Source: Clostridia bacterium (GTDB lineage: Bacteria > Bacillota > Clostridia > Christensenellales > CAG-138). From it: a stretch of DNA of 64,000 nt. The stretch spans positions 11,369-75,368 of the forward strand of contig JAFPXD010000062.1 in assembly GCA_017394835.1 (NCBI GenBank), in the 5' to 3' direction. Position numbers and translations under genes: made by a program. This document shows, in pieces, positions 60,437 through 64,000 of this stretch; position 1 is the first letter of the stretch, and each line of letters starts with the position of its first letter. The notes under the pieces are model-generated. The model had not been told where the DNA came from, searched no databases, and saw only the letters and a list, made by a program, of their open reading frames with translations.

Positions 60437-63400
60437 ATGAGCAAACGACTTCTCGCCTTGATACTCGCGGCGCTGATGGCATTCACGGCAATGCCGCCGG
60501 CGTTCGCATCCGGCTCTTCGGAGAAGCCGGCGGAGGCCGCTCCCGGGCAGACCGCTCCCGAGCAGGCCGCTCCCGAAAAGCCGGCGGAGGCTCCCCTCAG
60601 GACGGTGGATTCCGGCTCCTGCGGAGAGAGCGTCACGTGGGCCTTCGATACCGATACCGGGGAGCTGACGATCTCCGGCACGGGCGCGATGGCGCATTAC
60701 AATACCGAAGACAACCGTCCGCCGTGGTTCATGTATTCGCAGCAGATAGTCTATGCCGTCATAGGCGAAAGCGTGACCTCTCTGGGCAACTGCGCTTTCG
60801 CATACTGCTCCGCGTTAAGGGAGATCTTCATTCCCGCAAGCGTGGTCAGCATCGGCGACTACTGCTTCCGGGAATGCACCTCGCTCACGGGCGTGGGCAT
60901 GAAGGAGGGCCTTCAGACCATAGGCTACGCGGCATTCTATAGCTGCACCGCGCTGAATTACGTGACATTCCCCGCGACTCTCACCTCAATAGGCGATTAC
61001 GCGTTCTATGAGTCCGGCCTCGTGAGCATGTGGTTCCTCGGCAACGCGCCGACCTTCAACGACACGGTATTCAACTACACCACCATTCTCAACAGGTACT
61101 CGAATACCACGGGCTGGGGCACTACCTGGCCGTGGAACAACTGTTATATTTACGATTACGATCCCGGCTACGCCGGCAGCGACACCACCTGGAGCTACGA
61201 TCCCGCAACGCATACCCTCACCTTCAGCGGCACGGGCAAGGTCAATGCGAACGGGCTCGATCACTCCTTCATGCCCTGGTACGGCTACACGCACGACGTG
61301 ACCTCGATAGTGTTCGAGGAGGGCGTTACCGGCTGCGATCATTACGACTTCATCTGGTTCGACAATCTCACTTCCATATCGATCCCCTCCACTATGACGA
61401 GCTGGGGCACGCTCCCGTTCCTCGGCTGCACCTCGCTTGAAAACATCACGGTCGATCCCGCGAGCACGTACTGCACCGTCACGGACGGCGTGCTTTACAG
61501 GCTCTCCTCCGGCACTCCCGACAGGGTGATGTTCTGCCCCGCTTCGAAGACGGGCGCTTTCACGATCCCCTCGACCGTTCAGGGAATACACTCGGGCGCG
61601 TTCCAGTCAACGGGGCTCACCTCTATCACGATCCCCGCGAACTGCCGCTATATTGACGATGGCGCTTTCATCGGGAACAAGCAGCTCACCGAATTCATAG
61701 TCGATTCCGGCAATCCTTACTATTCGACCGCAGACGGAGCTCTGCTCTACTACGGCAACGCAGTAAGGGCTTATGCCCAGGGTCTTGCGGGCGAATACAC
61801 CGTGCCCGCCAATATAACTCAGATCGCTCCCTATGCTTTCTACGGAGCTCAGGGCGTCACAAAGCTTTCCGCCGGCCCCAAGCTCACCCAGATAGGAGAT
61901 TACGCTTTCAAGGGCTGCAAAACGATAGAGGAGATCACCGTCGTCAAGCCCGCGCTCCTCACCTCCTGCTTCGAGGGCTGCGAAAGCCTGCGCACGGCGA
62001 CCTTCCTTTCCTCAAAGCCCTCGTTCTACGCCGACTGCTTCAAGGGCGTCGCTCCCGATTTCAAGATAAGGTACGGCGAGGCCTTCGCTTCGAGCTGGGC
62101 TCCCAACGGAGAGACCTCCATCACGCTTTCCGGCGTTTCCTACCCGCTCGAGATGATACCCCTTGAAACGAGCCCCTGCGGCGACACGCTCGGCTGGTGT
62201 TACGATCCCCTGAATAATCTGCTCGTGTTCTCCGGAACGGGCGATATGTACGATTACAACGATACGGATAACCTCCCCCCGTGGCATCAGTACGCTTCCG
62301 AAATACTGAGCATAAACTTCTCCGTGGGAATGACGGGCCTCGGCGCTTACGCGCTTTACGAGTGCTCGAACGTGCAGACGCTGAACCTGCCCAACACGCT
62401 GGAGCGCATAGGCCTGCACGCCTTCCGCGGATGCTCGAAGGTGTATTCGGTATCCATGCCCTCCGGCGGCTCGACCTATAAGGTCATGAACAGCAATCTT
62501 TTCACTGCGGACGGTTCGACCCTCGTTTACGCGCACGCCTACAGCGCAGGCCAGCCCACAACCTCCGGTCTTACGACGATAGGCGCTTACGCATTCGAGG
62601 GCGCGGACTTCACCTCCGTGACGATACCCTCCACCGTCACCACCGTCTGCGAGGGCGCGTATTCCGACTGCCCGAAGCTCACCACGGTGACCATCCCCGC
62701 AAGCGTTGCCGTGATGGGCGCCTATGCCTTCGGTCATGACCCGAAGCTCGCCACGGTCAACCTTACCGAGGGGCTCGCTTCCGTAGGCGCTTACGCCTTT
62801 GCCGATGACCCGCAGCTCGTTTCCATCACATTCAACCCCGGCATGAACACGATAGGCGATCACGCCTTCGACGGCTGCACGGCGATGACGGAAGCCGTGT
62901 TCCTCTGCGATCCGCCCGCTGATTTCGGTACGGACGTGTTTACGGGCTGCGCTTCCGGCTTTACCGTCAGGTATCTGCGCGACCTCGCCTCCTCCTGGGC
63001 GCCGAACGGCGAGACCACTTGGCAGGGCTACCCCATCGAAAGCTACCGCCTGCCCAACCCCACCGGCACGCAGGGCTCCTGGATCACCTGGGAATACGAT
63101 TACGAGACTCACATCCTCTATATCGACGCGAGACAGAGCAGCACTTCCATCGGCTCCTTCAGCACCTCCTCCCACCCCTCCTGGTGGACTTACAAGGATG
63201 AGTGCGTGGGCGTGGAATTCACGAGCAACATATCGAGCATAGGCAAATACGCCTTCTATCAGTTCTCGGCGCTTCAGTGGGTCCGTCATCAGCCCGCCTC
63301 CTCCTCGACCATCACGATCGATCAGTACGCGTTCGCCGAATGCTCGAGCCTTACGGAATTCACGAGCAACGACCGTCTGACCAAGATAAACGCATACGCG

Positions 63401-64000
63401 TTCAAGAACTGCACCTCGCTGACCTCGTTCTTCATCCCGAAGGGCGTGAGCACGCTTGAGACGTTCGCGTTCAGCGGCTGTTCTAACCTGACGGAGATAA
63501 ACGTCGCTTACAACAACACCACCTTCTCCTCCTGTGACGGAGTCGTTTATATCGCCGCTATGACCGCGAGCGTTATGACTCCTCCGGGCAAGACGGGGAC
63601 CTTGCAGATGCCCGCCTCCGTAACGACCGTAAACGGTTCGAGCGTGAGGAGCTCCGCGATCTCGGGCCTCATACTGCCGGCTTCCGTAACGAGCCTCGGA
63701 AACGGCGCCGTAATGGGCGACCCGAACCTTACCTCCGTGCTTTTCCTCGGCGCGCCGCCCTCCTCGGTGGGATCCAATCTGTTCAACACCTGCAATGCGG
63801 AGCTCACCGTCTATTACCTGCCCGAAAACGCCTCTCTTTGGGCTCCCGCGGGCGAGACGACATGGCAGGGCTTCCCCATCGCCGAATGGCAGGGCTCCGT
63901 TCCCGATCAGTACGGCATATTCTGCAGCAACCTCATGTACAGCTACAACGCCGCGGCTCACACCATCACCATTACGGCGGAGCCCGGCTACACGGATACT
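60437..64000 (+). CDS. Secreted BspA-type leucine-rich-repeat (LRR_5) protein; runs off the right edge
   Basis: Not in the ORF track (no stop). MSKRLLALILAALM signal, GSCGESVTW...LTISGTGAM, repeated IP.SV..IG..AF..C..L units. Confidence 0.88.
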   Translation, partial: MSKRLLALILAALMAFTAMPPAFASGSSEKPAEAAPGQTAPEQAAPEKPAEAPLRTVDSGSCGESVTWAFDTDTGELTISGTGAMAHYNTEDNRPPWFMYSQQIVYAVIGESVTSLGNCAFAYCSALREIFIPASVVSIGDYCFRECTSLTGVGMKEGLQTIGYAAFYSCTALNYVTFPATLTSIGDYAFYESGLVSMWFLGNAPTFNDTVFNYTTILNRYSNTTGWGTTWPWNNCYIYDYDPGYAGSDTTWSYDPATHTLTFSGTGKVNANGLDHSFMPWYGYTHDVTSIVFEEGVTGCDHYDFIWFDNLTSISIPSTMTSWGTLPFLGCTSLENITVDPASTYCTVTDGVLYRLSSGTPDRVMFCPASKTGAFTIPSTVQGIHSGAFQSTGLTSITIPANCRYIDDGAFIGNKQLTEFIVDSGNPYYSTADGALLYYGNAVRAYAQGLAGEYTVPANITQIAPYAFYGAQGVTKLSAGPKLTQIGDYAFKGCKTIEEITVVKPALLTSCFEGCESLRTATFLSSKPSFYADCFKGVAPDFKIRYGEAFASSWAPNGETSITLSGVSYPLEMIPLETSPCGDTLGWCYDPLNNLLVFSGTGDMYDYNDTDNLPPWHQYASEILSINFSVGMTGLGAYALYECSNVQTLNLPNTLERIGLHAFRGCSKVYSVSMPSGGSTYKVMNSNLFTADGSTLVYAHAYSAGQPTTSGLTTIGAYAFEGADFTSVTIPSTVTTVCEGAYSDCPKLTTVTIPASVAVMGAYAFGHDPKLATVNLTEGLASVGAYAFADDPQLVSITFNPGMNTIGDHAFDGCTAMTEAVFLCDPPADFGTDVFTGCASGFTVRYLRDLASSWAPNGETTWQGYPIESYRLPNPTGTQGSWITWEYDYETHILYIDARQSSTSIGSFSTSSHPSWWTYKDECVGVEFTSNISSIGKYAFYQFSALQWVRHQPASSSTITIDQYAFAECSSLTEFTSNDRLTKINAYAFKNCTSLTSFFIPKGVSTLETFAFSGCSNLTEINVAYNNTTFSSCDGVVYIAAMTASVMTPPGKTGTLQMPASVTTVNGSSVRSSAISGLILPASVTSLGNGAVMGDPNLTSVLFLGAPPSSVGSNLFNTCNAELTVYYLPENASLWAPAGETTWQGFPIAEWQGSVPDQYGIFCSNLMYSYNAAAHTITITAEPGYTDT

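Noticed and set aside
62012-63961. 649-aa minus-strand ORF
   Set aside because: Antisense shadow of the plus-strand LRR_5 gene

Overview
About 64 kb from a Firmicute (Clostridia-like, probably gut or rumen; inferred from gene content). (1) 1-2840: a secreted tandem-cohesin protein gene on the minus strand. It sits downstream of a segment bounded by 29-bp perfect inverted repeats that carries its own tyrosine recombinase and an outward-facing sigma70 promoter, i.e. a candidate phase-variation switch. (2) About 2960-16450: an integrative island ending in a 3' fragment of tRNA-Arg(CCT). It carries an ImmA/IrrE-like protease, a LexA-like repressor, a Y-family polymerase/YolD mutagenesis cassette, an MmeI-like type IIL R-M enzyme, a sigma-like HTH, four tandem excisionase-like genes, an integrase and an AAA-DUF4143 ATPase. 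(3) About 16500-28420: decayed ICE/IME pieces (pcfB-like stub, doubly truncated virD4, tnpV). These enclose a co-oriented array of unrelated small cargo genes and gene stubs punctuated by a recurrent 16-bp quasi-palindrome (consensus A(C/T)AAAT-N4-GTTT(G/A)T), a candidate integron-like cassette system. (4) 28500-64000: a rhamnose/rhamnoside utilisation locus, a flavodoxin-hydrolase-LytTR operon bracketed by REP-like repeats, an ECF sigma with a beta-propeller partner, an IS remnant, an orphan RiPP-like peptide, PrsW, a ParB-like/BMP fusion, a deletion scar, a dockerin-bearing putative clan-CD protease, a two-component system, HtrA and a BspA-type LRR protein. All product calls come from motif recognition by eye; no database searches were run.
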